From Candidatus Microgenomatus sp. (GTDB lineage Bacteria > Patescibacteriota > Microgenomatia > UBA8517), in the NCBI GenBank assembly GCA_020724555.1, contig DYGT01000007.1, forward strand, positions 15,258-79,257: a stretch of 64,000 bases of DNA, read 5' to 3'. Position 1 is the first letter of the stretch. The number at the start of each line of letters is the position of its first letter. Under the pieces are notes generated by a model that worked only from the letters and a program-made list of their open reading frames with translations, was not told where the DNA came from and did not search any database. Position numbers and translations under genes: made by a program. Positions 9,454 through 19,504 of this stretch are shown here, one piece after another.

Positions 9454-10707
9454 ATGGCAGAAAAAACAGAATCTGATATCAAGGAGCTTTTAAGCGAACT
9501 TAGAGAGGAAAAAGCACAGCTTGAGAAACGCGAGCAAAACCTAAAAAAACGCGAGGAAGAACTTTTAGATAAATTGAGCAGAGCAGCTTCAATGACAACC
9601 GAAGAAGCCAAAAAGGAGCTTCTCGCCGAAGTGCAAAAAGAATTAACCGGTGAAATAGCCAGACGCATAAAAAACGCCGAGGAAAAAATAAAGCAAAGCG
9701 CCGCTGAAAGAGCGCGGGAAATTTTGGTGGACGCCATGAAGCACGGGGCAACAAATTATGTTGCCGAGTATACCATATCTACAATTACGGTCCCGAGTGA
9801 AGAAGTTAAAGGCAGAATTATTGGTAAAGAAGGAAGAAACATCCGGGCATTTGAGCGTGCTGCATCTGTAGAGATCGAAATAGATGAAACCAATGAGATT
9901 CGTCTGTCCAGTTTTGACCCAATAAGACGTGAGATTGCCAGACGTTCATTGGAAATATTAATTAAAGATACAAGAATTCAGCCATCGCGCATAGAAGAGG
10001 TTATTGAACAGGTTAGAAAACAGATGAATGATATTTTATTGGAAGAAGGCAAAAAAATTGTTGAAGCTGTTGGTGAATATGGATTGCCCACCGAATTGGT
10101 TCGAATGATAGGGAAATTTAAGTTTAGAACTTCATATGGCCAAAATTTAGCTTTGCACACCATAGAAGAAACTAAAATCGGTATTCAAATAGCCCAGGAA
10201 TTGGGTGCGGATGTTGAATCTGTCCGATTGGGTGGGCTTCTTCATGATATTGGTAAAGTCGCAACGGAAGACGAAGGCACGCACATCCAAAAAGGCGTTG
10301 AAGTTGCCAAACGCTTTGGTATGCCGAAAAAAGTTATCAATATCATAGCCGAGCACCACGAGGACAGGCCGTTTAGTTCTATAGAGTCGGTTATCGTATG
10401 GGTGGCGGATGCTATTTCCGGCTCGCGTCCGGGTGCACGTTATGAGCCCCACGAAAATTATCTAAAGCGTATGGTTAAAATAGAAGAGATTGCGGGTAGT
10501 TTTGAGGGTGTTACTGAGGCTATAGCCTTTCAAGCAGGTAGAGACGTGCGCGTGGTGGTTAATCCCGAACAAATCAGTGATGAAGCGATTACCGTTCTTG
10601 CTCACGACATAGCCAAGCGGTTGGAAAAAGAAGCTGAGTACGCAGGGCAGATAAAAGTTACGGTCATCCGAGAAACTCGGGCTACGGGAATAACCGGTGC
10701 AAAATAA
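9454..10707 (+). CDS. rny: Ribonuclease Y (KH + HD domains); no N-terminal transmembrane helix
   Basis: KH domain GKEGRNIRAFE, HD motif LLHDIGK, coiled-coil N-terminus. Confidence 0.85.
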   Translation: MAEKTESDIKELLSELREEKAQLEKREQNLKKREEELLDKLSRAASMTTEEAKKELLAEVQKELTGEIARRIKNAEEKIKQSAAERAREILVDAMKHGATNYVAEYTISTITVPSEEVKGRIIGKEGRNIRAFERAASVEIEIDETNEIRLSSFDPIRREIARRSLEILIKDTRIQPSRIEEVIEQVRKQMNDILLEEGKKIVEAVGEYGLPTELVRMIGKFKFRTSYGQNLALHTIEETKIGIQIAQELGADVESVRLGGLLHDIGKVATEDEGTHIQKGVEVAKRFGMPKKVINIIAEHHEDRPFSSIESVIVWVADAISGSRPGARYEPHENYLKRMVKIEEIAGSFEGVTEAIAFQAGRDVRVVVNPEQISDEAITVLAHDIAKRLEKEAEYAGQIKVTVIRETRATGITGAK

Positions 10708-10752
10708 ATCCGCTTGACAAATGCTTAAACGTTTATTATCCTTCTTCCTAAG

Positions 10753-11028
10753 ATGACAAAAAGACAATTAATCGACCAAGTTTCGCGTAAGGCACATCTT
10801 CCAAAACGGTCGGCGACAGAGGCAGTTGATGTCTTTTTGGAGGAAATTGGTCGTACCCTTTCTAAAGGAGAAAAAGTTGTACTATCTGGTTTTGGTACCT
10901 TCCGCGTTATCCGTATGAAAGGCAAAACCGTACGTATCCCAAATACTGAAAAATTTGTAACAATTAAACCCCATCGTTCACCTCGTTTTACTCCCGGCAA
11001 GGCTTTAAAACGTAAAGTTACCCGTTAA
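10753..11028 (+). CDS. hup: DNA-binding protein HU
   Basis: HU/IHF fold signature GFGTF..R....RNP-like arm. Confidence 0.9.
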   Translation: MTKRQLIDQVSRKAHLPKRSATEAVDVFLEEIGRTLSKGEKVVLSGFGTFRVIRMKGKTVRIPNTEKFVTIKPHRSPRFTPGKALKRKVTR

Positions 11029-11029
11029 T

Positions 11030-11058
11030 TTGCCCGTAAGTTATATTGCTCGTATAAT
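11030..11058 (+). promoter_or_regulatory. Putative promoter TTGCCC-17-TATAAT for the ABC-2 operon
   Basis: TTGCCC 11030-11035, TATAAT 11053-11058, ATG at 11067. Confidence 0.4.
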
Positions 11059-11066
11059 TTCAGTTA

Positions 11067-12053
11067 ATGGAAAGAGTTGTAATTGTTGAAAAACTTAAAA
11101 AAAATTTCAGAGTTCGGGAAAAAGACGCTGGTCTGTTGGCCAGCTTTAAAAGTTTAGTAAGTTCCAGTTATAAGAATATTAACGCTTTAAAAAGTATTTC
11201 TTTTTCCTTAAATAAAGGTGAAATGGTAGGTTTTATTGGCCCAAATGGTGCCGGTAAAACCACGACGTTAAAAATCCTTTCAGGCATTCTTTATCCTACA
11301 TCTGGTTTTGTTCAGGTTATGGGGTTTACTCCGTGGGAACGTAAATACGACTATTTAAACCAATTAGGTCTTATTATGGGCCAAAAAAACCAGCTGTGGT
11401 GGGATTTGCCCGCAATAGACAGTTTGGAGTTAAACCGAGCAATTTACAATTTAAGTGATAAAAAATATAAAAAAAATCTTCAGGAACTTACCGAGATTTT
11501 GGATGTAGCTGATATTTTGCGCCGCCCTGTGCGACATCTTTCCTTGGGGCAGCGGATGCGGTTGGAATTGGTAGCCGGGTTGCTGCACAGCCCTCAAGTG
11601 GTTTTTCTTGATGAGCCAACGGTCGGGCTGGATGTTGTTGCTCAGGCAAAGATCCGAGAATTTATAAAAGAATATAATAAAAATCACGAAGCCACGGTTA
11701 TCTTAACCAGTCATAATATGAATGACCTTTTGGGGATAGTCGATCGGGTCATAATTATAGACAAGGGTAGTATATTTTTTGATGGAAAATTAGAAAGTCT
11801 GGTAAAAAAGTATGCGCTTAATAAAATTATTACGGCAACTTTAATTAACCCGGTGAGGCGAGAAGATCTGGAAAAAATCGGTAGTGTTGTTGAGTATGAA
11901 TTTCCCAAAGTGGTTTTGGCCGTTAAGCGCACTGTGGCCACGTTGGCTGCTTCTGAATTGCTTCAAAATTATCCGGTAAGCGATTTGAATATAGAAGAAG
12001 TGCCTGTTGAGCAAATAATCGTTCAGATTTTTCAGGCTAATGCAGAAAAATAA
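11067..12053 (+). CDS. ABC transporter ATP-binding protein (ABC-2 type)
   Basis: Walker A GPNGAGKTT, signature LSLGQRMR, Walker B VVFLDEPT. Confidence 0.85.
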   Translation: MERVVIVEKLKKNFRVREKDAGLLASFKSLVSSSYKNINALKSISFSLNKGEMVGFIGPNGAGKTTTLKILSGILYPTSGFVQVMGFTPWERKYDYLNQLGLIMGQKNQLWWDLPAIDSLELNRAIYNLSDKKYKKNLQELTEILDVADILRRPVRHLSLGQRMRLELVAGLLHSPQVVFLDEPTVGLDVVAQAKIREFIKEYNKNHEATVILTSHNMNDLLGIVDRVIIIDKGSIFFDGKLESLVKKYALNKIITATLINPVRREDLEKIGSVVEYEFPKVVLAVKRTVATLAASELLQNYPVSDLNIEEVPVEQIIVQIFQANAEK

Positions 12054-12843
12054 ATATATCCAGGTTATAAAAGCATCTTTGGGCCAGGAGCTTGTGTATA
12101 AAACAAGCTTCATATTCACCAGGATCAGGAGTTTACTAACCTTTTTTCTTTTATTTTTTTTGTGGGATGCTGTTTACCGCTCAGGCGAAAATGTATTTGG
12201 AATCTCCCGCGAGCAGATGTTGACCTATGTTTTTGGAATTTTAATCGTTAAAGCAATTGTCGCAAATTCAAAAATTTCCTCTCTATCCGGAGAGATTGCG
12301 TCGGGTAGTTTAACAAATTATTTATTAAAACCAGTAAGCTATTTTAAATTAAGCTTTGCCAGGGATATTGGCACGAAAAGCATCAATCTTATTTTTGCTT
12401 TTTTTGAAATTATTTTTGTTTATTTAATTTTACGCCCCCAACTTTTTTGGCAAACAGAGGCAATATCTGTATTTTTGTTCATAGTTTTGTTGGGAATTGC
12501 GGTTGTAACCTATTTTTTCCTTTTGGCTTTGGTGAGTATGGTCCCGTTTTGGCTGGCAGAGCAGACCTGGCCTCCTGTTTTTTTATTTCTTACGATTTCT
12601 GATCTGATGTCCGGGGCCATCTTCCCGCTGGATATTTTACCTGAGTATCTTCGTTACATTTTTTTGTTAACGCCTTTCCCCTATCTTTTGTATGTACCGC
12701 TGCAAATTTATTTGGGAAGGTTTAGTGTGGTTATGGTTGTTAAATATGTTGCCGTTTCTGTTTTTTGGCTGCTAGTTTCATTTTTGTTTTTTAACTATAG
12801 CTGGAAAAAGGGGATTAAGTTGTACCGAGCTGAAGGAAGATAA
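12040..12843 (+). CDS. ABC-2 family transporter permease
   Basis: Polytopic membrane protein downstream of the ABC ATPase. Confidence 0.6.
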   Translation: MQKNKYIQVIKASLGQELVYKTSFIFTRIRSLLTFFLLFFLWDAVYRSGENVFGISREQMLTYVFGILIVKAIVANSKISSLSGEIASGSLTNYLLKPVSYFKLSFARDIGTKSINLIFAFFEIIFVYLILRPQLFWQTEAISVFLFIVLLGIAVVTYFFLLALVSMVPFWLAEQTWPPVFLFLTISDLMSGAIFPLDILPEYLRYIFLLTPFPYLLYVPLQIYLGRFSVVMVVKYVAVSVFWLLVSFLFFNYSWKKGIKLYRAEGR

Positions 12844-13623
12844 ATGAAAAGATATATAAAAGTTTGGTTAATAATGTCCAAGAATTCGTTTTTGCGCGAT
12901 TTTAATTCAAAGTTGGGTCTGTTTTTACTTTTATTGGGTAAATTTGTGCGATTTGTTATTTTTGCCGTTTTTTTATTTTATTTGTTAAGCGGTATCGGCA
13001 GTTTGGCCGGTTACAGCCGTGAACAGGTGATTTTTATATTTCTGACTTTTAATTTGTTAGACATTTTAAGCCAGTTTTTGTTGCGTGAGGTTTACCGTTT
13101 TCGCCCACAAATTATTAGCGGAGATTTTGATTTAGTGTTGGTAAAGCCGATTAAGCCGTTGTTTAGGGCTGCCTTCGGTGGAGCCGACTTTATAGATTTT
13201 TTGACCATTCCACCTTTGTTTGTTGCTATCGTTTTTTTTGGCAATGAATTAAATCCGAGCGTTTTTTTGGTTCTAGCGTATATAATTTTGGTTATTAATG
13301 GCCTTATTCTTGCTATTTCTTTTCATATTTTAATCTTGGCTTTTGCCGTTCTCACTCTGGAGCTGGATAGTGTCTTGTGGTTGTTTCGCGAACTTTTAAA
13401 TTTAGGAAAAATTCCTTTGGAAGTATACCGACAGCCGCTTCGAACAGCGTTGGTCTACTTGTTGCCGGTAGCTATCATGATAGCCGTACCCGCAAAGACG
13501 TTGATGGGTTTATCTACTTTCAAAGACATATTAGTTTCTGTTTTCGTAACTATAATTTTTTCGCTTGCATCTTTAAAGTTTTGGGATTATTCTTTGTCCC
13601 GTTATACAAGCGCCAGCAGTTAA
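12844..13623 (+). CDS. ABC-2 family transporter permease (second subunit)
   Basis: Polytopic membrane protein, paralogous arrangement. Confidence 0.6.
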   Translation: MKRYIKVWLIMSKNSFLRDFNSKLGLFLLLLGKFVRFVIFAVFLFYLLSGIGSLAGYSREQVIFIFLTFNLLDILSQFLLREVYRFRPQIISGDFDLVLVKPIKPLFRAAFGGADFIDFLTIPPLFVAIVFFGNELNPSVFLVLAYIILVINGLILAISFHILILAFAVLTLELDSVLWLFRELLNLGKIPLEVYRQPLRTALVYLLPVAIMIAVPAKTLMGLSTFKDILVSVFVTIIFSLASLKFWDYSLSRYTSASS

Positions 13624-13624
13624 T

Positions 13625-14563
13625 ATGAAAAAAAATATAATTGTGATAGTTGGCCCCACGGCAACAGGCAAATCAGACCTGGCTTTTAAGCTTGCTTACA
13701 AAAATAAATGCAATTTGGTTTCGGCTGATTCTCGTCAGGTTTATCGCCATATGAGTATTGGAACTGGCAAGGATATTCCTCATGGCTTTTATTATAAAAA
13801 AAATAAACCGGGATATTTTACCAATGATGAAATAAAAATATGGGGTTACGACTTGGTGGAGCCTTGGGAGGAATATAGCGTTTCTCACTACCTAAAAGAC
13901 GCCAAAAAGATATTTAACAATCTAAAAGCGGATAATAAAATTTTTGTTGTAGGAGGCACCGGTTTATATATTAAAGGCTTGGTTGACGGCATAGAAACGG
14001 CTTCAATTCCAAAAAATCCGATTTTAAGACAGAAATTAAAAGATATGGATATCCCGGATTTATATGAGATGCTTGGACACTTAGATGGGGTAAAAGCGGC
14101 TTCCCTAAATAGCTCAGACAGAAAAAATCGCCTGAGGCTTATGCGTGCAATTGAAATTGCCAGCAGCAAAAAGAAAATCAAAAAAAATAAACCAATTGCT
14201 TGGGGTTATAAGCCGATATTTATCGGCCTTGATTTGGATGATGACGTTTTAAATCTGAGAATTGAAAAAAGGATATTAAAACGCGTAAAAGCAGGGATTG
14301 AGGCAGAAATAGATTGGCTATTGGCGCATGGAGTCAGTTGGGATGATCAGGCAATGTCGGGATTGGGATACCGTCAGTGGAAAGGATATTATGAGGGCAA
14401 CAAAAGCATTGAAGAGGTTTTGGCAATGTGGTACAAAGCGGAAAAAAAATTTATTAAACGCCAAAGAAAGTGGTTCAAAAAAGATAAAAGGATAAGGTGG
14501 TTTTCGGCAGATAGGAAAAACCTGCAATCAATAGTAGATGAATATATTAAAAAAATGGTATAA
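13625..14563 (+). CDS. miaA: tRNA dimethylallyltransferase
   Basis: P-loop GPTATGKS, SADSRQVY motif. Confidence 0.9.
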   Translation: MKKNIIVIVGPTATGKSDLAFKLAYKNKCNLVSADSRQVYRHMSIGTGKDIPHGFYYKKNKPGYFTNDEIKIWGYDLVEPWEEYSVSHYLKDAKKIFNNLKADNKIFVVGGTGLYIKGLVDGIETASIPKNPILRQKLKDMDIPDLYEMLGHLDGVKAASLNSSDRKNRLRLMRAIEIASSKKKIKKNKPIAWGYKPIFIGLDLDDDVLNLRIEKRILKRVKAGIEAEIDWLLAHGVSWDDQAMSGLGYRQWKGYYEGNKSIEEVLAMWYKAEKKFIKRQRKWFKKDKRIRWFSADRKNLQSIVDEYIKKMV

Positions 14564-14571
14564 GTAAATAA

Positions 14572-15570
14572 ATGCGAGCTAAAAAAGTAGAAATTTCTCA
14601 CCGCACCATAATTTTTACCGTAGCCTTTTTGGCTTTTTTGTGGTTGGTATATTACATCCGGGACGTAATCTTGCAAATTTTTGTGGCCCTTTTAATTATG
14701 ACCATTTTAAACCCCACTGTTTCCAAGTTTAATAAAAAGCTCAAAATTCCCCGAGTTGCTTCTGTTTTGATAGTTTATCTATTTGTTTTTGGGTTTATAA
14801 GTTTTGGAATGGCAGTGGCCATTCCCCCGTTTGCGGAGCAAACTACAAGCTTTGCCAATAATATTCCGGCATATATAGAAGAGCTCAGTATTCCAGATTT
14901 TATCGCCAACGGCTTAACTCAAGAGCTCGCCTCTTTGTTGGGGAATCTACCCTCTCAAATTATAAGATTAAGTGTTTCTATTTTTTCCAACGTACTTTCG
15001 GTTTTTTCGGTTTTTATATTCGCACTTTATTTTTTGTTGGCCCGAGAAAATCTCAATACTCAGTTGGCAGAGGTATTTAACGACAAAACTATTGAACAAA
15101 AAATTGAGCGCACAATAAATAAACTTGAGCTGAAATTGGGAGGTTGGGCGCGAGGGCAGATAATTCTAATGACAATGGTTGGACTGCTTACTTATATTGG
15201 CCTTAGCTTGATTGGTATACCATATGCTTTGCCCCTGGCTTTGCTTGCCGGAATTTTGGAAATAATTCCTAATATAGGCCCATTTTTATCGGCAATACCG
15301 GCTGTTGTCGTGGGATTTGGGATATCGCCACTGACCGGTATCGCCGTGGCCGCTTTGGGTATTCTCATCCAACAAGTTGAGAATTATGTATTTGTGCCCA
15401 AGGTTATGCAAAAATCAGCAGGAATTAGCCCGATTATAACGCTGCTATCTTTACTTATTGGTTTTAAAGTTGCGGGTATAGTAGGCGCCATCTTATCTGT
15501 TCCTGTGGTTATAACTACCAAAGTTATAGTTGAAGAGTTTTTTTCTTTGGATTTTATGCATAAACAGTAA
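14572..15570 (+). CDS. AI-2E family transporter (PerM/UPF0118)
   Basis: Typical 7-8 TM AI-2E topology and conserved mid-region. Confidence 0.7.
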   Translation: MRAKKVEISHRTIIFTVAFLAFLWLVYYIRDVILQIFVALLIMTILNPTVSKFNKKLKIPRVASVLIVYLFVFGFISFGMAVAIPPFAEQTTSFANNIPAYIEELSIPDFIANGLTQELASLLGNLPSQIIRLSVSIFSNVLSVFSVFIFALYFLLARENLNTQLAEVFNDKTIEQKIERTINKLELKLGGWARGQIILMTMVGLLTYIGLSLIGIPYALPLALLAGILEIIPNIGPFLSAIPAVVVGFGISPLTGIAVAALGILIQQVENYVFVPKVMQKSAGISPIITLLSLLIGFKVAGIVGAILSVPVVITTKVIVEEFFSLDFMHKQ

Positions 15571-15572
15571 GG

Positions 15573-15601
15573 TTGCATTTTTAGCCTCGAAATGATATAA
15601 T
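15573..15601 (+). promoter_or_regulatory. Putative promoter TTGCAT-17-TATAAT for rnpB
   Basis: TTGCAT 15573-15578, TATAAT 15596-15601, about 8 nt before the P1 helix of the RNA. Confidence 0.45.
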
Positions 15602-15609
15602 TTTTCTGT

Positions 15610-16043
15610 TTCTGGAAAGGCAAGTGATCAGTCCGGCTTAACCGGACAGGAAAGTCCAGGCAGCAGAAGGAAACGGTGCCCCATATTATCTTATGGGGAC
15701 GCGTAAGCGCTAGTCAGAGCAACAGAGACGATGTCGGTTCGAAAAACCCTAAAGGTTTGTGAACACGAGTGAAAAGTCCCAGACTAAGTAGGCCTTTTGG
15801 TCAATTAGCGGGATCCCGTGAGGAACTAAATTTTCTTACGGGAGGCAATCCTCCCGGCTGCAACCTGCGATCTAGACGTTTGAGGTATCCTTCCCGAAAC
15901 CGATATTTCGGTACGTCTAAAAGACAGGGCACCCTGTATAAATTCAGGGGTCCCGTAAGATAGGCATAACTGCCATCTCATGGGACAGACAGATGATCAC
16001 ATGCGGTAAAACCGCAACAGAACCTGGCTTATGCTTTCCAGAA
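15610..16043 (+). ncRNA. rnpB: RNase P RNA (bacterial type A)
   Basis: P1 helix ctggaaag (15612-15619) pairs with ctttccag (16034-16041); conserved AGGAAAGTCCaGGC...GGTGCC P4 region, GCAACAGAGA, and ACAGAACCtGGCTTA near the 3' end; followed by an intrinsic terminator. Confidence 0.8.
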
Positions 16044-16054
16044 ACAAAAAAGTC

Positions 16055-16081
16055 CCCCACCGGTCGGTGGGGTATTTTTTT
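16055..16081 (+). terminator. Rho-independent terminator after rnpB
   Basis: CCCCACCG-gt-CGGTGGGG perfect hairpin followed by a T-run. Confidence 0.65.
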
Positions 16082-16104
16082 GCTACAATAGGTCAAAAGA
16101 GAGA

Positions 16105-16542
16105 GTGAAGGCTGTAATCCAAAGAGTAAATAAGGCCGAGGTCATTAAAATTGACTCCGGTGAAGTAGTGGGCAAGATCGGTATGGGTTTATTTATACTT
16201 TTGGGGGTAGAGATAAAAGATTCGGAAGAAGATGCCAAAAAATTGGCAGATAAGATAGTAAACCTTCGTATTATGGCGGATAAAAACGGCAGAATTAATT
16301 TATCTATAAAAAACACTACCAAAGAGATTTTAGTTGTTTCGCAGTTTACGCTTTTATCTGATATCAAAAAAGGCAATCGTCCTTCATTTTTGCGCGCCGC
16401 AGAACCAAAGCGCGCCCGTGAACTTTATGATTATTTTGTTTACAGTCTTAAAAACCATGCCATTAAGGTTGAAACAGGGAGCTTTGGTGATTATATGAAG
16501 ATTTCCGCAGATTTGGATGGTCCGGTTACTATAGTGATGTAG
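16105..16542 (+). CDS. dtd: D-aminoacyl-tRNA deacylase (GTG start)
   Basis: Dtd signature MKAVIQRV...SQFTL...NGPVT. Confidence 0.85.
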   Translation: MKAVIQRVNKAEVIKIDSGEVVGKIGMGLFILLGVEIKDSEEDAKKLADKIVNLRIMADKNGRINLSIKNTTKEILVVSQFTLLSDIKKGNRPSFLRAAEPKRARELYDYFVYSLKNHAIKVETGSFGDYMKISADLDGPVTIVM

Positions 16543-16546
16543 AAAC

Positions 16547-17152
16547 ATGACAAAAAGGTTTAAGACCACAATTTTAAAAATTTTAGGAATACTTACTGCT
16601 TTATCGGCAATATTTGTAATAGCTGGAGTGATCGCTGTGGCTGGCTATGTTGCCGGCTATGCTCGTGGTGTTTATCGCACAGCAGCACTATATGGTAAAG
16701 ACGTAACCGAGGTCAGCCAAAATTCCACTGCTACACCCCTGGTGACTCCAAATAAAACTCACAATATTGCGCCAGCCATCCCCACATGGGGTGGTCCTCA
16801 ATTATGGGAAGCAGTGAACAAAAAAAGGACAGAGTATGGTGTGAATCCGCTAAACAATAAAGACGAGCTTTGTACTATAGCCGCGATTCGTTTAAATGAA
16901 ATTTTGGCTATAGGCAAGTTGGACGGTCATGAAGGTTTCGGCAACATGCCGGAGCGTCGCCCGGATTTGCTTCCCATTTTTGAGGAATACACAATAAGCG
17001 AATTCCTCTTGTCAGGAGCTCAGACGCCGGATGAAGCGGTTGAGCTTTGGGAAAATACTTTGGGGCACAAAAAATTGTTAACGGGTGGTGAATATGTGTG
17101 GGGCTGTATTTATGCAAAAAGTGGTTTTGCCGTGGCCATTGCAGCCTACTGA
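16547..17152 (+). CDS. Membrane-anchored CAP/SCP (YkwD-like) domain protein
   Basis: N-terminal TM helix; C-terminal W..S.GHKKLL...GEYVWGCIY resembles the CAP-domain motifs. Confidence 0.45.
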   Translation: MTKRFKTTILKILGILTALSAIFVIAGVIAVAGYVAGYARGVYRTAALYGKDVTEVSQNSTATPLVTPNKTHNIAPAIPTWGGPQLWEAVNKKRTEYGVNPLNNKDELCTIAAIRLNEILAIGKLDGHEGFGNMPERRPDLLPIFEEYTISEFLLSGAQTPDEAVELWENTLGHKKLLTGGEYVWGCIYAKSGFAVAIAAY

Positions 17153-17760
17153 ATCAGGCCGTTTTCTTGTAAAAAAGAAACCAGCCTTTTTTGGGTTGTG
17201 TACTGGCGGCCAATACTTACAAATAAACGGTTAAGGTCTCTTCGGTATTCTTGGGGAATGATGAGCATGAGTTCTTTTTCAGTTTCCGTCGGGTTTTTTG
17301 TTTTTACCCACCCTAAAAGATTACTGATTCTGTGTACATGAGTGTCAACCGCGATGGTTGGCTTGTTAAAAGTACGCGAAAGCACCAAGTTTGCGGTTTT
17401 TAAACCTACACCGGGCAAAAGCATAAGCTCTTTTGGGTCTTCCGGTATCCGGCCGTTGTATTTTTGCAGGATTAGGGAAGATAAATAGCAGAGGTGTTTA
17501 GCTTTATTTTTATAAAAGCCCACAGGATATATGAGTTTTTCTATCTCTTCTTGGGATAATTTGGCAAGCGTTTCAAAATCGGGAGCTTTTGCAAAAAGCC
17601 GTCCGGCGGCTTTTAGGGTTGTATCATCGTTTGTGCGCGACGACATAATCGTTGAAACTAAAGACTTATATGGGTCTTTTTCAAAAACTTCCAAAGGAAT
17701 AAGCTTGTAGTGTTTTTGAAATACACTAAAGACTTTTTCGAGGTTATTTGGCTTGTTCAT
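17146..17760 (-). CDS. nth: Endonuclease III-like HhH-GPD DNA glycosylase; no C-terminal Fe-S cysteine cluster
   Basis: HhH motif LPGVGLKTANLV and catalytic Asp region; C-terminal 4-Cys cluster absent. Confidence 0.65.
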   Translation of the reverse strand: MNKPNNLEKVFSVFQKHYKLIPLEVFEKDPYKSLVSTIMSSRTNDDTTLKAAGRLFAKAPDFETLAKLSQEEIEKLIYPVGFYKNKAKHLCYLSSLILQKYNGRIPEDPKELMLLPGVGLKTANLVLSRTFNKPTIAVDTHVHRISNLLGWVKTKNPTETEKELMLIIPQEYRRDLNRLFVSIGRQYTTQKRLVSFLQENGLIQ

Positions 17761-18276
17761 GTTTTTGATATTTGTGTTAGTATAACTAATAGATTTAATA
17801 TTTATAAAGTGGCAGGAGAACTTTCCGATTTACTACCAGTTATAATAGCTGCTAACATTATATGGCTTATCGGCTTGAGCGTGATGGTTTATGTAGTTTA
17901 TAATCATTACAAGCGTTTAGGCCAAGGAGTTTCAAGCGGTAATCTTATCAAAGCATTTGAGAGGGTTTTGGCGGAGCAAAAAGAGATTGCCACAGCACAA
18001 AAAAATTTAGATAAAAATATAGCGGAGCTGAATAAAAGCTCGTTGACCCATTTTCAAAAAATGGGTCTTATTCGTTTTAATCCGTTTAATGAAACCGGTG
18101 GAGACCAAAGTTTCAGTCTTTGTCTTTTGGATAAAAAAAATGACGGATTTGTGGTGAGCTGTTTGCACACCCGTGACCGTACCAGGATTTATGCGAAAGC
18201 GATAGACAAAGGTAAAAGCAAACTTGAGCTTAGTGACGAAGAAAAGAAAGCACTAGAAAAAGCTAAAAAATCATGA
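17710..18276 (+). CDS. Hypothetical membrane-anchored protein (DUF4446-like); true start probably downstream of 17760
   Basis: TM helix followed by a FNPFNETGGDQSFSLCLLD...RIYAKAI segment; the 5' end overlaps nth on the opposite strand. Confidence 0.3.
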   Translation: MFLKYTKDFFEVIWLVHVFDICVSITNRFNIYKVAGELSDLLPVIIAANIIWLIGLSVMVYVVYNHYKRLGQGVSSGNLIKAFERVLAEQKEIATAQKNLDKNIAELNKSSLTHFQKMGLIRFNPFNETGGDQSFSLCLLDKKNDGFVVSCLHTRDRTRIYAKAIDKGKSKLELSDEEKKALEKAKKS

Positions 18277-19472
18277 ATAAAAAAATAGTTACAATATTGG
18301 GTTTTTTGGGGCTGTATATGCTTACAACCGGAATATCGTGGGCTGGTTTTAGCGTGTTTGGCGGCAATAATATAAGCCAAAATCCATCCGGTTTGGAGTC
18401 TGAACGTGACAGAATCGCAAGCCTCCCCAAAACAGAAGTTTGTCCTTTAAATGGACAGATGTTTTCGGAGATTGAACGCGATATCTGGCAGGAGCGTCGG
18501 CCAATGGCTGTGGTAATTGAAAACCATACAGATGCAAGACCACAGTCAGGTCTTTCCAAAGCAGATATTGTTTATGAAGTTGTGGCAGAAGGTGGTATAA
18601 CGCGTTTTTTGGCTTTATATTACTGCGCGGCGGCAGCTCATGACGTAACCATTGGCCCGATAAGAAGCGCGCGTATATATCTTATTGACTGGGCAGCGGA
18701 ATATGGACCGGAGCCTTTATTTGTTCATTATGGAGGAGCCAATAATATTTGTGGCAATTGTCCGGGAGGCGTTAAGCCTAGGGGTCAGGTGGATCCGCGC
18801 GTCATGGCTTTGGAAAAACTTATTAATATGGGTTGGAGGCATTCATCCGGAAACGCCTTGGATGGCGGAGCCAATGTAAGCTACCCAGCTATTAAGCGTG
18901 ATCAGTATCGTCTGGGTCATGAAAGTGCATGGGAACACTCGGCTATTGGCTCTTCCGACCTTTTGTTTAATTTAGGTATTGAGCGTGGTTTTGGATATAA
19001 AGACGATTCCGGAAATCCATGGGTGGATGATTTTGATATGTGGAATTTTGCCGAAGATAGTCCTCAAGCGCCTACCGCCTCAAACATCTCATTTGAATTT
19101 TGGCGCAATAAACCGGATTTTGATGTGCGATGGGAATACGACCAAGCTACAAATACTTATAAACGTTTTAACGGCGGACAACCACATACCGATTGGGAGT
19201 TTGATAAACCCCAGTTAACGGCCAAAAACGTAATTGTTATGTTTGTTGAAGAAGAAGGTCCGGTAGATACCGAGCTACATATGTATTATGAAGTGATAGG
19301 CGAAGGCCAGATGATGTTATTTCAAAATGGACAGGTGATTGAAGGTACATGGGAAAAGGACGCCATGTCCGCAAGGACTAAATTTATGGATGAAAATGGG
19401 GATGAAATTTCCTTTGTCCGGGGCCCAATCTGGATTGAGGCTGTGCCCCAAGGAAATGATATAGTATACTAA
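18273..19472 (+). CDS. DUF3048 domain lipoprotein/secreted protein (YerB-like)
   Basis: Signal/TM N-terminus; RPMAVVIENHTDARPQSGLSKADIVYE...GGITRFLALY pattern typical of DUF3048. Confidence 0.55.
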   Translation: MNKKIVTILGFLGLYMLTTGISWAGFSVFGGNNISQNPSGLESERDRIASLPKTEVCPLNGQMFSEIERDIWQERRPMAVVIENHTDARPQSGLSKADIVYEVVAEGGITRFLALYYCAAAAHDVTIGPIRSARIYLIDWAAEYGPEPLFVHYGGANNICGNCPGGVKPRGQVDPRVMALEKLINMGWRHSSGNALDGGANVSYPAIKRDQYRLGHESAWEHSAIGSSDLLFNLGIERGFGYKDDSGNPWVDDFDMWNFAEDSPQAPTASNISFEFWRNKPDFDVRWEYDQATNTYKRFNGGQPHTDWEFDKPQLTAKNVIVMFVEEEGPVDTELHMYYEVIGEGQMMLFQNGQVIEGTWEKDAMSARTKFMDENGDEISFVRGPIWIEAVPQGNDIVY

Positions 19473-19504
19473 AGAATACAAAAGTTCTGCCCTTTGTATA
19501 AAAT

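Noticed and set aside
9339-9754. Two minus-strand ORFs (132 and 84 aa)
   Set aside because: Antisense to rny; Ser/Phe-rich low-complexity translations.
15769-15963. 64-aa ORF in the track
   Set aside because: Lies entirely inside the RNase P RNA gene.
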